Positions 18,276-28,659 of a stretch of 39,424 bases of DNA are shown here, in pieces. The stretch's first letter is position 1; each line of letters starts with the position of its first letter. Source of the stretch: Escherichia phage ETEP21B. The stretch is from the sequence record OR979722.1; one strand, given 5' to 3'. The notes beneath the pieces are model-generated. The model was not told the DNA's origin. It searched no databases and saw nothing but the letters and a program-made list of their open reading frames with translations. A program made the translations under genes and the position numbers.

Positions 18276-19877
18276 ATGGCAAGCTCACAGAAACGTGAAG
18301 GCTTCGCGGAGAATGGTGCCAAGGCGGTGTATGACGCATTGAAGAACGACCGGAACTCCTACGAGACCCGTGCGGAAAACTGTGCGAAGTACACCATACC
18401 TTCGTTGTTCCCTAAAGACTCCGACAACGCCTCTACTGACTACACCACTCCGTGGCAAGCAGTTGGCGCTCGTGGCTTGAACAACTTGGCCTCTAAGCTC
18501 ATGCTCGCTCTGTTCCCTATGCAGACGTGGATGAAGCTGACCATCTCTGAGTTCGAAGCGAAACAATTGGTTGCACAGCCAGCCGAACTAGCGAAGGTCG
18601 AAGAAGGTCTCTCAATGGTCGAGCGAATCTTGATGAACTACATCGAGTCCAACTCGTACCGTGTGACACTCTTTGAGACCCTCAAGCAGTTGGTCGTTGC
18701 AGGTAACGCTCTGCTCTACATTCCTGAACCTGAAGGTGCTTACAATCCCATGAAGCTATACCGCCTGTCTTCTTATGTTGTCCAACGAGACGCATTCGGC
18801 ACGGTGCTACAGATTGTAACCTTAGATAAGACTGCCTATGCAGCACTTCCAGAAGACGTGCGAAACGCTATGGACTCCGGTCAGGAACATAAAGGCGACG
18901 AAATGATTGATGTGTACACTCACATTTATCTTGACGAAGAATCAGGAGAATACCTCAAGTACGAAGAGATTGATGGTGTTGAAGTCGATGGTACAGATGC
19001 TTCTTATCCGGTGGACGCTTGTCCTTATATCCCGGTTCGCATGGTACGCATTGATGGAGAATCATATGGTCGTTCTTACTGTGAGGAATACTTAGGTGAC
19101 TTACGGTCCCTTGAGAACCTCCAAGAAGCTATCGTTAAGATGTCAATGATTAGTGCAAAAGTTATCGGCTTGGTTAACCCTGCTGGTATCACACAGGTTC
19201 GTCGTTTGACCAAAGCACAGACAGGTGACTTCGTGTCCGGTCGTCCAGAAGACATCTCGTTCCTTCAGCTTGAAAAGGCCGCAGACTTCTCTGTAGCGAA
19301 AGCTGTGAGTGAACAGATTGAGGGCCGATTGTCTTATGCCTTTATGCTGAACTCTGCTGTGCAACGTACTGGTGAGCGTGTGACTGCCGAAGAGATTCGA
19401 TATGTCGCATCTGAACTCGAAGATACCCTTGGTGGCGTCTATTCGATTCTCTCACAGGAACTTCAGTTGCCAATGGTTCGTGTCCTGCTGAAGCAACTTC
19501 AAGCAACCAATCAGATTCCTGAGTTACCGAAAGAGGCCGTTGAGCCTACTATCAGTACCGGGATGGAAGCATTGGGTCGTGGTCAAGACCTCGATAAGCT
19601 GGAACGTTGTATTGCTGCGTGGTCTGCTCTTGCTCCTATGCAGAATGACCCTGACATCAACATTGCGACCATTAAGTTGCGCATTGCGAATGCTATCGGC
19701 ATCGACACTTCTGGTATCCTTAAGACACCTGAAGAGAAGCAACAGGAGATGGCTGAGGCCGCTCAAGGCACTGCTATGGAGAACGCTGCTGCGTCTGCTG
19801 GTGCTGGTGCTGGTGCTCTGGCTACTGCAAGCCCTGAGAACATGCAAGCTGCGGCTGAACAGGCTGGCATGATTTAA
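18276..19877 (+). CDS. 8: Head-to-tail connector (portal) protein gp8, 533 aa
   Basis: Long collinear identity blocks with T7 gp8 (YTIPSLFPKDSDNASTDYTTPWQAVGARGLNNLASKLMLALFPMQTWM...). Confidence 0.97.
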   Translation: MASSQKREGFAENGAKAVYDALKNDRNSYETRAENCAKYTIPSLFPKDSDNASTDYTTPWQAVGARGLNNLASKLMLALFPMQTWMKLTISEFEAKQLVAQPAELAKVEEGLSMVERILMNYIESNSYRVTLFETLKQLVVAGNALLYIPEPEGAYNPMKLYRLSSYVVQRDAFGTVLQIVTLDKTAYAALPEDVRNAMDSGQEHKGDEMIDVYTHIYLDEESGEYLKYEEIDGVEVDGTDASYPVDACPYIPVRMVRIDGESYGRSYCEEYLGDLRSLENLQEAIVKMSMISAKVIGLVNPAGITQVRRLTKAQTGDFVSGRPEDISFLQLEKAADFSVAKAVSEQIEGRLSYAFMLNSAVQRTGERVTAEEIRYVASELEDTLGGVYSILSQELQLPMVRVLLKQLQATNQIPELPKEAVEPTISTGMEALGRGQDLDKLERCIAAWSALAPMQNDPDINIATIKLRIANAIGIDTSGILKTPEEKQQEMAEAAQGTAMENAAASAGAGAGALATASPENMQAAAEQAGMI

Positions 19878-19897
19878 TACGACTCACTAATGGGAGA
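19875..19897 (+). promoter_or_regulatory. Phage RNAP promoter (phi9-like), TAATACGACTCACTAATGGGAGA; transcript 5' end can form hairpin GGGAG...CTCCC
   Basis: Perfect consensus, overlaps portal stop codon as in T7. Confidence 0.9.
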
Positions 19898-19953
19898 GAC
19901 AATACGTCCTCCCTTTGAGTTCAACTTTATGAAATCTAAAGGAGATAACAATT

Positions 19954-20865
19954 ATGGCTGGTGAATCTAACGCTGACGTATACGCATCTTTCGGTGTGAA
20001 CTCTGCGGTTGTTGGTGGGTCTACTCCTACTGAACACGAACAGGCTATGCTTGAACTCGATGTTTCTGCCCGTGATGGTGATGATGCAATCGAGCTAGTT
20101 AGCAACGATGACCCTTATGGCAATCCAGACCCATTCGGTGAAGAGGATGAGAGTCGTACTGAGATTCGCATCTCCACTGATGGTGAACCTGAAGTAACCG
20201 AAGAAGGTGAAATCGACTATGAAGGAACCGAAGATGAAGGCTCCGAAGAGTTTGAACCAGTTGGTGACGTTCCAGATGAACTGAACGAAGCCTCAAGTCA
20301 ACTCGAAGAGCACGAAGCTGGTTTCGAAGAGATGGTCAATCAGGCGGCTGAACGTGGTCTGTCAGAAGAAACCATCGTGCGTATCCAACAGGAATACGGA
20401 GAGGACGGTCTGTCTGAAGAGTCTTACGAAGAGCTAGCCAAAGCTGGTTACTCCAAGTCGTTTGTTGACTCCTACATCCGCGGTCAGGAAGCACTGGTAG
20501 AACAGTATGTTCAGTCCGTTATGGAGTACGCTGGCGGTGAAGCACAGTTCCAAGCAATCTACAATCATCTCGAAGTGTCCAACCCGGATGCTGCTGAGTC
20601 TCTGATTAGTGCCTTGGAGAACCGTGACCTCGCAACAGTTAAGGCTATCGTCAATCTCGCTGGTGCAAGCCGTGCGAAGACTTTCGGTAAACCTGCTGCC
20701 CGTAGTATCTCTAAACGTGCCGTACCCGCTGCACCTGTACGCACCAAACAGTCTGGCTTTGAGTCACAGGCTGAGATGATTGCTGCAATGTCCGACCCTC
20801 GCTATCGCCACGACAGTAAGTTCCGTGCGGAAGTTGAGCGCAAGATGATGTACAGTCAGTTCTAA
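19954..20865 (+). CDS. 9: Capsid assembly (scaffolding) protein gp9, 303 aa, highly acidic
   Basis: ESNADVYASFGVNSAV, DSYIRGQEALVEQYV, NRDLATVKAI.NLAG.SRAK, MSDPRYR match T7 gp9. Confidence 0.95.
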   Translation: MAGESNADVYASFGVNSAVVGGSTPTEHEQAMLELDVSARDGDDAIELVSNDDPYGNPDPFGEEDESRTEIRISTDGEPEVTEEGEIDYEGTEDEGSEEFEPVGDVPDELNEASSQLEEHEAGFEEMVNQAAERGLSEETIVRIQQEYGEDGLSEESYEELAKAGYSKSFVDSYIRGQEALVEQYVQSVMEYAGGEAQFQAIYNHLEVSNPDAAESLISALENRDLATVKAIVNLAGASRAKTFGKPAARSISKRAVPAAPVRTKQSGFESQAEMIAAMSDPRYRHDSKFRAEVERKMMYSQF

Positions 20866-20868
20866 AAT

Positions 20869-20891
20869 TAATACGACTCACTATTGGGAGA
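20869..20891 (+). promoter_or_regulatory. Phage RNAP promoter (phi10-like), TAATACGACTCACTATTGGGAGA; transcript 5' hairpin GGGAGAG...TCTCCC
   Basis: Consensus; long AT-rich leader with strong RBS AGAAGGAGA before the capsid gene. Confidence 0.9.
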
Positions 20892-20998
20892 GACATTACG
20901 TTCTCCCACTTTGAGTGATACACAATGAGAACCAACTCGTTTCAAGTAGTACCTCACATTTAAACTTTTTCATATAAATCAACAGAAGGAGATTCAAC

Positions 20999-22042
20999 AT
21001 GGCTAACATGAATGGTGGACAGCAGATGGGTAAAGACCAAGGTAAAGGCATGAGCGCTGGTGACAAACTGGCTCTGTTCCTGAAGGTCTTCGGTGGTGAA
21101 GTTCTGACTGCATTTACCCGTACCTCCGTAACTATGAACAAACACCTTGTGCGTTCTATTCAGTCCGGTAAGTCCGCGCAGTTCCCTGTGCTGGGTCGTA
21201 CCAAAGCTGCTTACCTGCAACCGGGTGAGAACCTCGATGACAAACGTAAAGACATGAAGCACACTGAGCGTACCATTAACATTGATGGCCTGCTGACTGC
21301 TGACGTTCTGATTTACGACATCGAAGACGCAATGAACCACTATGACGTGCGTTCTGAGTACACCGCACAGTTGGGTGAGTCTCTGGCTCTGGCTGCTGAT
21401 GGTGCGGTTCTGGCTGAAATGGCTAAACTGTGTAACCTTCCGTCCGCAAGCAACGAGAACATCGCTGGCTTGGGTACTGCAAGTGTACTGGAAGTTGGTG
21501 AAGCTGAAGCACTGCGAGCCGACCAAGTGAAGCTGGGTCAGGCAATCATCGCACAGTTGACTCTGGCTCGTGCACGACTGACTAAGAACTATGTTCCGGC
21601 TGCGGACCGTACCTTCTACACCACTCCTGATAACTACTCTGCGATTCTGGCTGCTCTGATGCCTAACGCGGCAAACTATCAGGCGCTGATTGACCCGGAA
21701 ACTGGTTCTATCCGCAACGTGATGGGCTTTGAGGTTATCGAAGTTCCGCATCTGACCGCTGGTGGTGCTGGCGAAGACCGTCCAGAAGAAGGTGTGAACC
21801 CGACTGGTCAGAAACACGCGTTCCCTGAGACCGCTAGTGGTGACACTAAGGTTGCTCTGGACAACGTTGTAGGTCTGTTCTGCCACCGCTCTGCCGTTGG
21901 TACTGTTAAGCTGAAAGACATGGCGCTGGAACGTGCTCGTCGTGCAAACTATCAGGCTGACCAGATTATCGCTAAATACGCGATGGGTCACGGTGGTCTG
22001 CGACCTGAAGCAGTAGGTGCGCTGGTTTTTCAAACGGCTTAA
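20999..22042 (+). CDS. 10A: Major capsid protein gp10A, 347 aa
   Basis: Collinear with T7 gp10A (GGQQMG, DKLALFLKVFGGEVLTAF, SGKSAQFPVLGRT, IDGLLTADVLIYDIEDAMNHYDVRSEY, KYAMGHGGLRPEA). Confidence 0.98.
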   Translation: MANMNGGQQMGKDQGKGMSAGDKLALFLKVFGGEVLTAFTRTSVTMNKHLVRSIQSGKSAQFPVLGRTKAAYLQPGENLDDKRKDMKHTERTINIDGLLTADVLIYDIEDAMNHYDVRSEYTAQLGESLALAADGAVLAEMAKLCNLPSASNENIAGLGTASVLEVGEAEALRADQVKLGQAIIAQLTLARARLTKNYVPAADRTFYTTPDNYSAILAALMPNAANYQALIDPETGSIRNVMGFEVIEVPHLTAGGAGEDRPEEGVNPTGQKHAFPETASGDTKVALDNVVGLFCHRSAVGTVKLKDMALERARRANYQADQIIAKYAMGHGGLRPEAVGALVFQTA

Positions 22043-22176
22043 CTTCTCGCAAACTCGTGGGGGACATTGAGTCCCTTACTGAAGTTGAGCAAGAGCTAAC
22101 GCCACAACAGAAAGCTGCCCGTACCCGTGCGGCAAACAAGGCTCGAAAGGAAGCTGAGTTAGCTGCGTCTATGTAA
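20999..22176 (+). CDS. 10B: Minor capsid protein gp10B made by programmed -1 frameshift near the end of 10A (slippery G GTT TTT C at 22024-22031); about 50-aa C-terminal extension
   Basis: -1 frame stays open from the slippery site to TAA at 22174-22176; same arrangement and extension length as T7 10A/10B. Confidence 0.65.
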
Positions 22177-22187
22177 CAACTATATGA

Positions 22188-22228
22188 AACCCCTTGGGTG
22201 CCTTCACGGGTGCTTGAGGGGTTTTTTT
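22188..22228 (+). terminator. Tphi-like late terminator: G-U-rich hairpin ACCCCTTGGGTGCC...GGGTGCTTGAGGGG followed by T7 run
   Basis: Sequence and position closely resemble T7 Tphi (AACCCCTTGGGGCCTCTAAACGGGTCTTGAGGGGTTTTTTG). Confidence 0.85.
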
Positions 22229-22248
22229 CGCTACAAGGAGACACACTT

Positions 22249-22839
22249 ATGCGTTCCTATGAAACAACCCTAGAGACAGGTGAAGAGTTGGCTGCTGTCA
22301 ATGACATCTTGGCCTCTATCGGTGAACCGCCAGTATCGACTCTGGAGGGTGACTCTAACGCCGATGTTGCCAACGCCCGTCGAGTTCTCAATAAGATTAA
22401 CCGACAGATTCAGTCTAAGGGCTGGACGTTCAACATTGAGGAAGGTCAACAATTGGTCCCCGATGTGTTCAACGGTCTGATTCCCTATATGTCCGACTAC
22501 CTGTCTGTGCTCTCTCAAGGCGACGCGACTGCTTACGTCAACCGTGGTGGGTACGTCTTTGACAGGACCACTGGCACCGATGTGTTCCAGAACCCTATCA
22601 CAGTGACTATCATCAAACTGAGAGAGTTCTATGAGATGCCTGAATGCTTCCGCTACTGGATTGTCACTAAGGCCGCTCGCCAGTTCAACAACCGATTCTT
22701 CGGTGCACCTGAGATTGACGCAGTGTTGGCTGAAGAAGAACAAGAAGCGAAGATGCAGTGTCATGAGTACGAACTGGACTTCGGTAACTTCAACATGCTT
22801 GATGGTGATGCCTTCACTGGTGGTCTACTGTCTCGTTAA
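22249..22839 (+). CDS. 11: Tail tubular protein A (gp11), 196 aa
   Basis: [75 protein letters not shown] match T7 gp11; start at ATG after AAGGAG. Confidence 0.96.
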   Translation: MRSYETTLETGEELAAVNDILASIGEPPVSTLEGDSNADVANARRVLNKINRQIQSKGWTFNIEEGQQLVPDVFNGLIPYMSDYLSVLSQGDATAYVNRGGYVFDRTTGTDVFQNPITVTIIKLREFYEMPECFRYWIVTKAARQFNNRFFGAPEIDAVLAEEEQEAKMQCHEYELDFGNFNMLDGDAFTGGLLSR

Positions 22840-22861
22840 TAACAACTCAAGGAGGTCTCTA

Positions 22862-25240
22862 ATGGCTCTTATTTCACAATCCGTCAAGAACCTAAAAGGC
22901 GGTATCAGTCAACAGCCTAACATCTTAAGGTTCCCCGAACAGGGTTCCGAACAGATTAACGGCTGGTCATCCGAGACCGAGGGCTTACAGAAGCGTCCAC
23001 CTTTTGTCTTCACTAAGACCATTGGAGACCAGAATGCCCTTGGTGCTAAGCCGCTTGTTCACCTCATCAACCGCGATAGCGTCGAACAGTATTACGTTGT
23101 GTTCACCGGACAGGGAGTCCGAGTGTTTGACCTGAATGGTAAAGAGTATGCTGTGAAGGGTGACTTGTCATATGTCAAAGTTGGGAACCCTCGTGATGAC
23201 CTGCGAATGGTCACAGTGGCTGACTACACGTTTATCGTTAACCGCAACATGGTTGTACGTGCTGACACTGCTCCTATCTATACCCTGAAGGAGAATGGTG
23301 ACTGCTTGATTAACGTGCGTGGTGGACAGTATGGTCGCACCTTGGCTTTTGTAATCAACGGTGTTCGTACCGAGTACAAAATCGCACAGGGTGATAAGCC
23401 AGAACACGTACAGGAGACTGACGCGCAGTGGCTCGTTAAGAAACTTGCTGGACTCGCTCGCGCCAATGACGCTTTCAAGGACTGGAAGTTCAACGAGGGT
23501 GCTGGATTCATTCATGTGATTGCTCCGGGAAACCAGACGATTAACTCTCTGTCAACCGAGGATGGCTACGCTAACCAATTGATGAACGCAGTGATGCACA
23601 CCAGCCAGTCATTCAGTAAGTTGCCAATCGAGGCTCCTAATGGGTACACTGTGAAGATTGTTGGCGACACCTCTAAGACTTCCGATATGTTCTATGTCCA
23701 GTATGACAACGTGAAGAAAGTCTGGAAGGAAGTCGCCGGATGGGGAGTTGAGAAGGGTCTCAATGGTGCCACTATGCCACACGCTTTGGTACGTCAATCA
23801 GACGGTTCCTTCCAGATGCAGGTTCTACCGTGGGCACAGCGCTCATGTGGGGACATGGACACTAACCCGACTCCTTCTATCGTAGACCAGAAGATTAACG
23901 ATGTGTTCTTCTTCCGTAACCGCTTAGGGTTCCTCGCTGGTGAGAACATTGTGATGTCCCGTACCTCCAAGTATTTCTCACTGTTCCCTGCGTCAGTGGC
24001 TAACCTGTCAGATGATGACCCGATTGATGTGGCTGTATCTCACAACCGTATCTCAATCCTGAAGTATGCCGTACCGTTCTCCGAAGAGTTGCTGCTATGG
24101 TCTGACCAAGCACAGTTCGTTCTGTCTGCCTCTGGTATCCTCTCACCGAAGTCTGTAGAGTTGAACCTTACGACTGAGTTCGATGTGTCCGACCGTGCGC
24201 GCCCTTATGGTGTTGGCCGTGGTGTGTATTTTGCGTCACCTCGTGCCTCCTATACATCACTGAACCGCTACTATGCTGTACAGGACGTAAGTTCAGTTAA
24301 GTCTGCTGAGGATATGAGTGCTCACGTTCCAAGCTATATCCCCAACGGTGTGTTCTCCATTCGTGGTTCTGGTACTGAGAACTTTATCTCTGTGCTCTCT
24401 GCGAACGCCCCAAGTAAAATCTTCCTGTACAAATTCCTGTACCTAAACGAAGAGATTGCACAACAGTCGTGGTCACATTGGGAACTTGGAAGTAACGTAA
24501 CGGTTCTGGCTTGTGACTCTATAGGCTCAACGATGTACCTAGTGTTGCGCAATCAGTCACACACTTGGATGTGCCGAGCACACTTTACGAAGAACAGCAT
24601 TGACTTCGACAGCGAGCCTTACCGCTTGTATATTGACAACAAGATAAAGTATGTGATTCCTAAAGGTGCCTACAACGATGACACTTACACGACCACTATC
24701 AAGCCTGTGGACATCTATGGGATGAAGTATTGGAAGGGTAAGTTCTACATCGTAGCATCTGACGGTCTGGTCTCGTGGTTCGAGCCACCTCGTGGTGGAT
24801 GGCCTAATGGTGTCCCTGTGTTGTCAATGAGTGGGAACCGAGAGGGTGAGACGATTTACATTGGGTTGGCTATAGACTTCCGTTATGTGTTCTCTAAGTT
24901 CCTCATTAAGAAGACCGCCGATGATGGTTCGACAGCTACCGAGGATATTGGGCGCTTGCAGCTTCGCCGTGCGTGGGTCAACTATGAGGACTCCGGTGCG
25001 TTCACTGTGGAGGTTGAGAACACCTCTCGACTCTTCAGATACGACATGGCTGGTGCTCGCTTGGGTTCCAATGCTCTACGTGCTGGTGGACTTAACGTTG
25101 GCACTGGTCAGTTCCGATTCCCGGTTGCTGGAAACGCACAGTTGAACGAAGTAAGGATTATCTCTGACCACACTACACCGCTTAACGTGATTGGTTGTGG
25201 CTGGGAAGGTAACTACCTACGACGCTCTTCTGGTATCTAA
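22862..25240 (+). CDS. 12: Tail tubular protein B (gp12), 792 aa
   Basis: N-terminus MALISQSVKNLKGGISQQP typical of gp12; size matches T7; start at ATG after AGGAGG rather than track start 22631. Confidence 0.93.
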   Translation: MALISQSVKNLKGGISQQPNILRFPEQGSEQINGWSSETEGLQKRPPFVFTKTIGDQNALGAKPLVHLINRDSVEQYYVVFTGQGVRVFDLNGKEYAVKGDLSYVKVGNPRDDLRMVTVADYTFIVNRNMVVRADTAPIYTLKENGDCLINVRGGQYGRTLAFVINGVRTEYKIAQGDKPEHVQETDAQWLVKKLAGLARANDAFKDWKFNEGAGFIHVIAPGNQTINSLSTEDGYANQLMNAVMHTSQSFSKLPIEAPNGYTVKIVGDTSKTSDMFYVQYDNVKKVWKEVAGWGVEKGLNGATMPHALVRQSDGSFQMQVLPWAQRSCGDMDTNPTPSIVDQKINDVFFFRNRLGFLAGENIVMSRTSKYFSLFPASVANLSDDDPIDVAVSHNRISILKYAVPFSEELLLWSDQAQFVLSASGILSPKSVELNLTTEFDVSDRARPYGVGRGVYFASPRASYTSLNRYYAVQDVSSVKSAEDMSAHVPSYIPNGVFSIRGSGTENFISVLSANAPSKIFLYKFLYLNEEIAQQSWSHWELGSNVTVLACDSIGSTMYLVLRNQSHTWMCRAHFTKNSIDFDSEPYRLYIDNKIKYVIPKGAYNDDTYTTTIKPVDIYGMKYWKGKFYIVASDGLVSWFEPPRGGWPNGVPVLSMSGNREGETIYIGLAIDFRYVFSKFLIKKTADDGSTATEDIGRLQLRRAWVNYEDSGAFTVEVENTSRLFRYDMAGARLGSNALRAGGLNVGTGQFRFPVAGNAQLNEVRIISDHTTPLNVIGCGWEGNYLRRSSGI

Positions 25241-25267
25241 ATGAAACACCCCGACTCAATAAGTGAA

Positions 25268-25290
25268 CAATACGACTCACTATTGGGAAG
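25268..25290 (+). promoter_or_regulatory. Phage RNAP promoter (phi13-like), CAATACGACTCACTATTGGGAAG
   Basis: Consensus match immediately upstream of gene 13. Confidence 0.85.
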
Positions 25291-25317
25291 GGGGTTTATA
25301 CTTAAAGGAGAAACTCT

Positions 25318-25731
25318 ATGTTAATAATCAGACCTACCAAAGAATCAGACTTCGGGAGATTCACACCATCACCTGAAGACATCGCTGAGGCAAAAGCCTA
25401 CGGGATTGAACCATCATTTCCACCAGCTAACGAGTGCGTCACTATGTCACTTCATGGTATGCCAGTGGCTATCGGTGGTAATTGTGGCGACCAAGTGTGG
25501 TTCGTAACGTCCGCTCGTGTCTGGAAACTAAGTATGAAGACCCGAAGAGAGTTCCGAAAGCTCATTCTGGAGTATCGTGATACCATGCTCAAACAGTATC
25601 CGATTATCTGGAACTACGTTTGGGTTGGCAATAAGTCCCACATTAGGTTCTTGAAGTCTATTGGTGCGGTGTTCCATAATGAGTTTACTGGCGACAGTAA
25701 TCAATTCCAACTATTCACTATAGGAGGTTAA
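25318..25731 (+). CDS. 13: Internal virion protein gp13, 137 aa
   Basis: Position, size and AAGGAG RBS as T7 gene 13. Confidence 0.8.
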   Translation: MLIIRPTKESDFGRFTPSPEDIAEAKAYGIEPSFPPANECVTMSLHGMPVAIGGNCGDQVWFVTSARVWKLSMKTRREFRKLILEYRDTMLKQYPIIWNYVWVGNKSHIRFLKSIGAVFHNEFTGDSNQFQLFTIGG

Positions 25732-25733
25732 CT

Positions 25734-26339
25734 ATGTGCTGGATGGCTGCAATCCCAATCGCCATGCAAGGTGCGTCTATGGTAATGGGCGGTATGCAGG
25801 GTGAACAGGAAAAGGCCGCACAGATTGACCAAGGTCGTCGACAAAGCTGGCAGATGATTAAGGAGATGAACTACAACGATGCTAACCTTAAGTTAGAATC
25901 TCGTGACCTCATCGACTCGACTGTCCAAGAGATGACCCAAGCGAATATGAACCGTGTGCGAAACATGGGGACTATCCGTGCGGCAATCGGTGAAGGGATG
26001 CTTGAAGGTAACTCAATGGAACGTGTAGCTCGCGTTACTGAGGGTGACTTCCTTCGAGAGTCTCAAGGTCTCACCGAGAACTACCAACGTGACTACAGTG
26101 TCATCTTAGGGAAGCGTTTAGCTAACCGTGAGAACACCGTAAGTCAAATCAATGAAATCAACAAGTCCGAACCTCGACTGAAAGGCAAGCTGGAACAAAT
26201 CATTGACCCATTAGGCTTAGGCTTAACGAAGCTGGTCGATGTGGCAACTGCTGGTAGCCCTCTGACTAACAAGCTGGGTAAGAAGGCTGCTTCCAAGGTT
26301 AAGGCTTCAGATGCTAAGTCTACCGGACAAGGCAGGTAA
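25734..26339 (+). CDS. 14: Internal core protein gp14, 201 aa
   Basis: MCW.AAIPIA...IRAAIGEGMLEGNSMERV.RVTEG.F.RE resembles T7 gp14. Confidence 0.9.
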   Translation: MCWMAAIPIAMQGASMVMGGMQGEQEKAAQIDQGRRQSWQMIKEMNYNDANLKLESRDLIDSTVQEMTQANMNRVRNMGTIRAAIGEGMLEGNSMERVARVTEGDFLRESQGLTENYQRDYSVILGKRLANRENTVSQINEINKSEPRLKGKLEQIIDPLGLGLTKLVDVATAGSPLTNKLGKKAASKVKASDAKSTGQGR

Positions 26340-26356
26340 ACACAGGAGGTAACTGT

Positions 26357-28636
26357 ATGAGTAAGTTAGCACAAGCATTAGGTAACATGGGTGCTCCTGC
26401 TGCAAGCCGACTCCGTGGTACTGGTCGTATGGAGGTTAAGGCTGCGACTGTCTATGAAGACCCTAGCTATGCCAATAAGTCCGCACTGATTGGGACTGTA
26501 GGTAAACTTGCTGAGATGGGTGCTGATGCGTACATGAAGTATGACCAGAAGCAGAAGGACAAGGCAGATGAGCGCTCCAACGAGATTATCCGCAAGTTGA
26601 CTCCTGAGCAGCGCCGAGAGGCCATTAAGAATGGAACACTTCTGTATCAGGACGACCCTTACGCAATGGAAGCATTGAAGATTAAGACTGGTCGTAACGC
26701 GGCCTACTTGGTTGACGATGAGGTTGCACAGAAGGTTAAGAACGGTGAGTTCCGTACTCGTCAAGAGTTGGAAGAGTTCCGTCACAGCCGACTTCAAGAA
26801 GCCGCTAAGAACTATGCGGAACAGTTCGGTATCAATGAGTCAGATGAGTTTTATCAGAAGGGTTTCAACTCCGACATCACTGAACGTAACATCGCCCTCT
26901 ATGGTGCTCATGATAACTTCCTGAGTGACCAAGCTAAGAAGGGTGCCGTTATCAACAGCCGTGTCGAACTGAACTCTGTACTCAACGACCCTGAGACCCT
27001 GCGTTCCCCATATGCTGGTGAGTTCTTTGAGAACTACTTCACGGCTGGCTTGACCACTGGAAGTATCCCTAGTGATGACCAAGCATTCACGATGATTAGC
27101 CAAGGTCTATCTGACGTGGTTAACCGTGAAGGTGGCGGTCAGTTCCTGCAACAGATTGAGAACCGTAAGGTGAAACTCCACGGAAAAGAGACAACCTTCA
27201 AGGAACTGATGGGTGCCGAACAGTGGAACAATCTGATGGTTAAGGCTCAACATAATGAGTTCCAGTTGAATGCTAAGAAGACCGAGGCGTTCCAACTTAA
27301 TGTGAACTCTGCGTTGAACCAAGAGAACGTGAACACTGGCTGGGAACAGTTGCAATCCATCAAGGCTGAACTGGACACACTGCAACCGGGCGAAGAGATG
27401 ACACCTGAACGTCAGGCGTTAATCAATGCACAGACGCAGATGCAGGACAGGATGAAGCGGGAGACCGCTGAGTTAGCCAAGCAGATGGACAAGCAACAGA
27501 AGTCGATGAACAAGATGAACGTCATTGACGCACAGTTCCAGAAGAGACTGAATGGTCAGTATGTGTCTACTGCGTATGGCGATATGCCTACCAACGAGAA
27601 CACTGGTGAGTTCACCCATAGTGACATGGTTAACTATGCGAACAAGAAGTTAGCCGACATTGACGCTATGGACATCCCTGCTGAACAGAAGGACCGAATG
27701 AAGCTGGACTACCTCAAGGCTGACTCCGAGAAGGGTGCTTTCCGTACTGCGGTAGGTGAACTGATTGGGGACGCTGAGAAGGAATGGACATCTGCTGTGA
27801 TTAACGGGAAGATGCCTGAAGATGGAGGTGTGGCTCTTAACGCTCTTCGTCGTGTTCGTAATGCTGACCCTGAGTTATTCGCTGCACTCTATCCTGATAA
27901 AGCCGAGATGTTCCTCACTATGGACATGATGGACAACCAAGGGATTGACCCGCAGATTCTCTTAGATGCAGATAAGGCCCGGCAGTCTCTGACCAAGGAT
28001 ATGCAGTACGAGGATGACAAGGCATGGGCTGCTCTCAAGAACAACTCACAGTCTCCTGAACTGTCCCGTATGCCAGCAACACTTGATGCAGGTGCCCGTA
28101 AGATTTACGACTCCGTTAAGTACCGCACAGGTAACGCTGACATGGCAATGCAACAGGTCGATAAGTATCTCAAAGAGAACACAACGACTCTCACTGGTGA
28201 TGATGTTGATGGTGATACCATTGGTGTCTTAACGAGAAACTCTCTGCGTGTGTCCGATGACCCGGACTCTTGGAAACAAGGTAAGGACATCATCGACCAA
28301 GCCGCTAAGAAACTCGCTGAGACGAACCCTTGGGTGACTAATAAGCAACTCACTGTGTTCGAGCGTGGTGACTCTATCTACCTGATGGACACTACCGGAC
28401 AGGTTAACGTAAGGTATGACAAGCAGTTGCTCTCGAAGATGTACCAAGAGAATCAGGCCAAGTTGGATGCGGAAGCACGAGACAAGGCACTCAAAGATGC
28501 CAACAAGCGAACCCTGCATACACGAGCTATGAACCGTAAGCGTGAACGTGAAGCCAAGAAACCTAAGCGTTCTGGTAGCATGTACGATTCGGTGAGTGGT
28601 AAAGGTATTCTGGACACGCTGACTGGTAAAGACTAA
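26357..28636 (+). CDS. 15: Internal core protein gp15, 759 aa
   Basis: ERSNEIIRKLTPEQRREA..NGTLLYQDDPYAMEAL.IKTGRNAAYLVDD, HSDMVNYANKKLA, TNKQLT...GDSIYLMDTTGQV.VRYDK.LLSK match T7 gp15. Confidence 0.95.
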   Translation: MSKLAQALGNMGAPAASRLRGTGRMEVKAATVYEDPSYANKSALIGTVGKLAEMGADAYMKYDQKQKDKADERSNEIIRKLTPEQRREAIKNGTLLYQDDPYAMEALKIKTGRNAAYLVDDEVAQKVKNGEFRTRQELEEFRHSRLQEAAKNYAEQFGINESDEFYQKGFNSDITERNIALYGAHDNFLSDQAKKGAVINSRVELNSVLNDPETLRSPYAGEFFENYFTAGLTTGSIPSDDQAFTMISQGLSDVVNREGGGQFLQQIENRKVKLHGKETTFKELMGAEQWNNLMVKAQHNEFQLNAKKTEAFQLNVNSALNQENVNTGWEQLQSIKAELDTLQPGEEMTPERQALINAQTQMQDRMKRETAELAKQMDKQQKSMNKMNVIDAQFQKRLNGQYVSTAYGDMPTNENTGEFTHSDMVNYANKKLADIDAMDIPAEQKDRMKLDYLKADSEKGAFRTAVGELIGDAEKEWTSAVINGKMPEDGGVALNALRRVRNADPELFAALYPDKAEMFLTMDMMDNQGIDPQILLDADKARQSLTKDMQYEDDKAWAALKNNSQSPELSRMPATLDAGARKIYDSVKYRTGNADMAMQQVDKYLKENTTTLTGDDVDGDTIGVLTRNSLRVSDDPDSWKQGKDIIDQAAKKLAETNPWVTNKQLTVFERGDSIYLMDTTGQVNVRYDKQLLSKMYQENQAKLDAEARDKALKDANKRTLHTRAMNRKREREAKKPKRSGSMYDSVSGKGILDTLTGKD

Positions 28637-28659
28637 CAGACCACAATAGGAGGTTCCAA

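Noticed and set aside
20960-22033. 357-aa ORF on the minus strand, antisense to the major capsid gene
   Set aside because: It is in exact codon register with the + strand capsid gene, so its lack of stops only reflects that the capsid gene never uses TTA, CTA or TCA codons (rare-codon avoidance in a highly expressed gene). No promoter or RBS, and T7-like phages transcribe one strand only.
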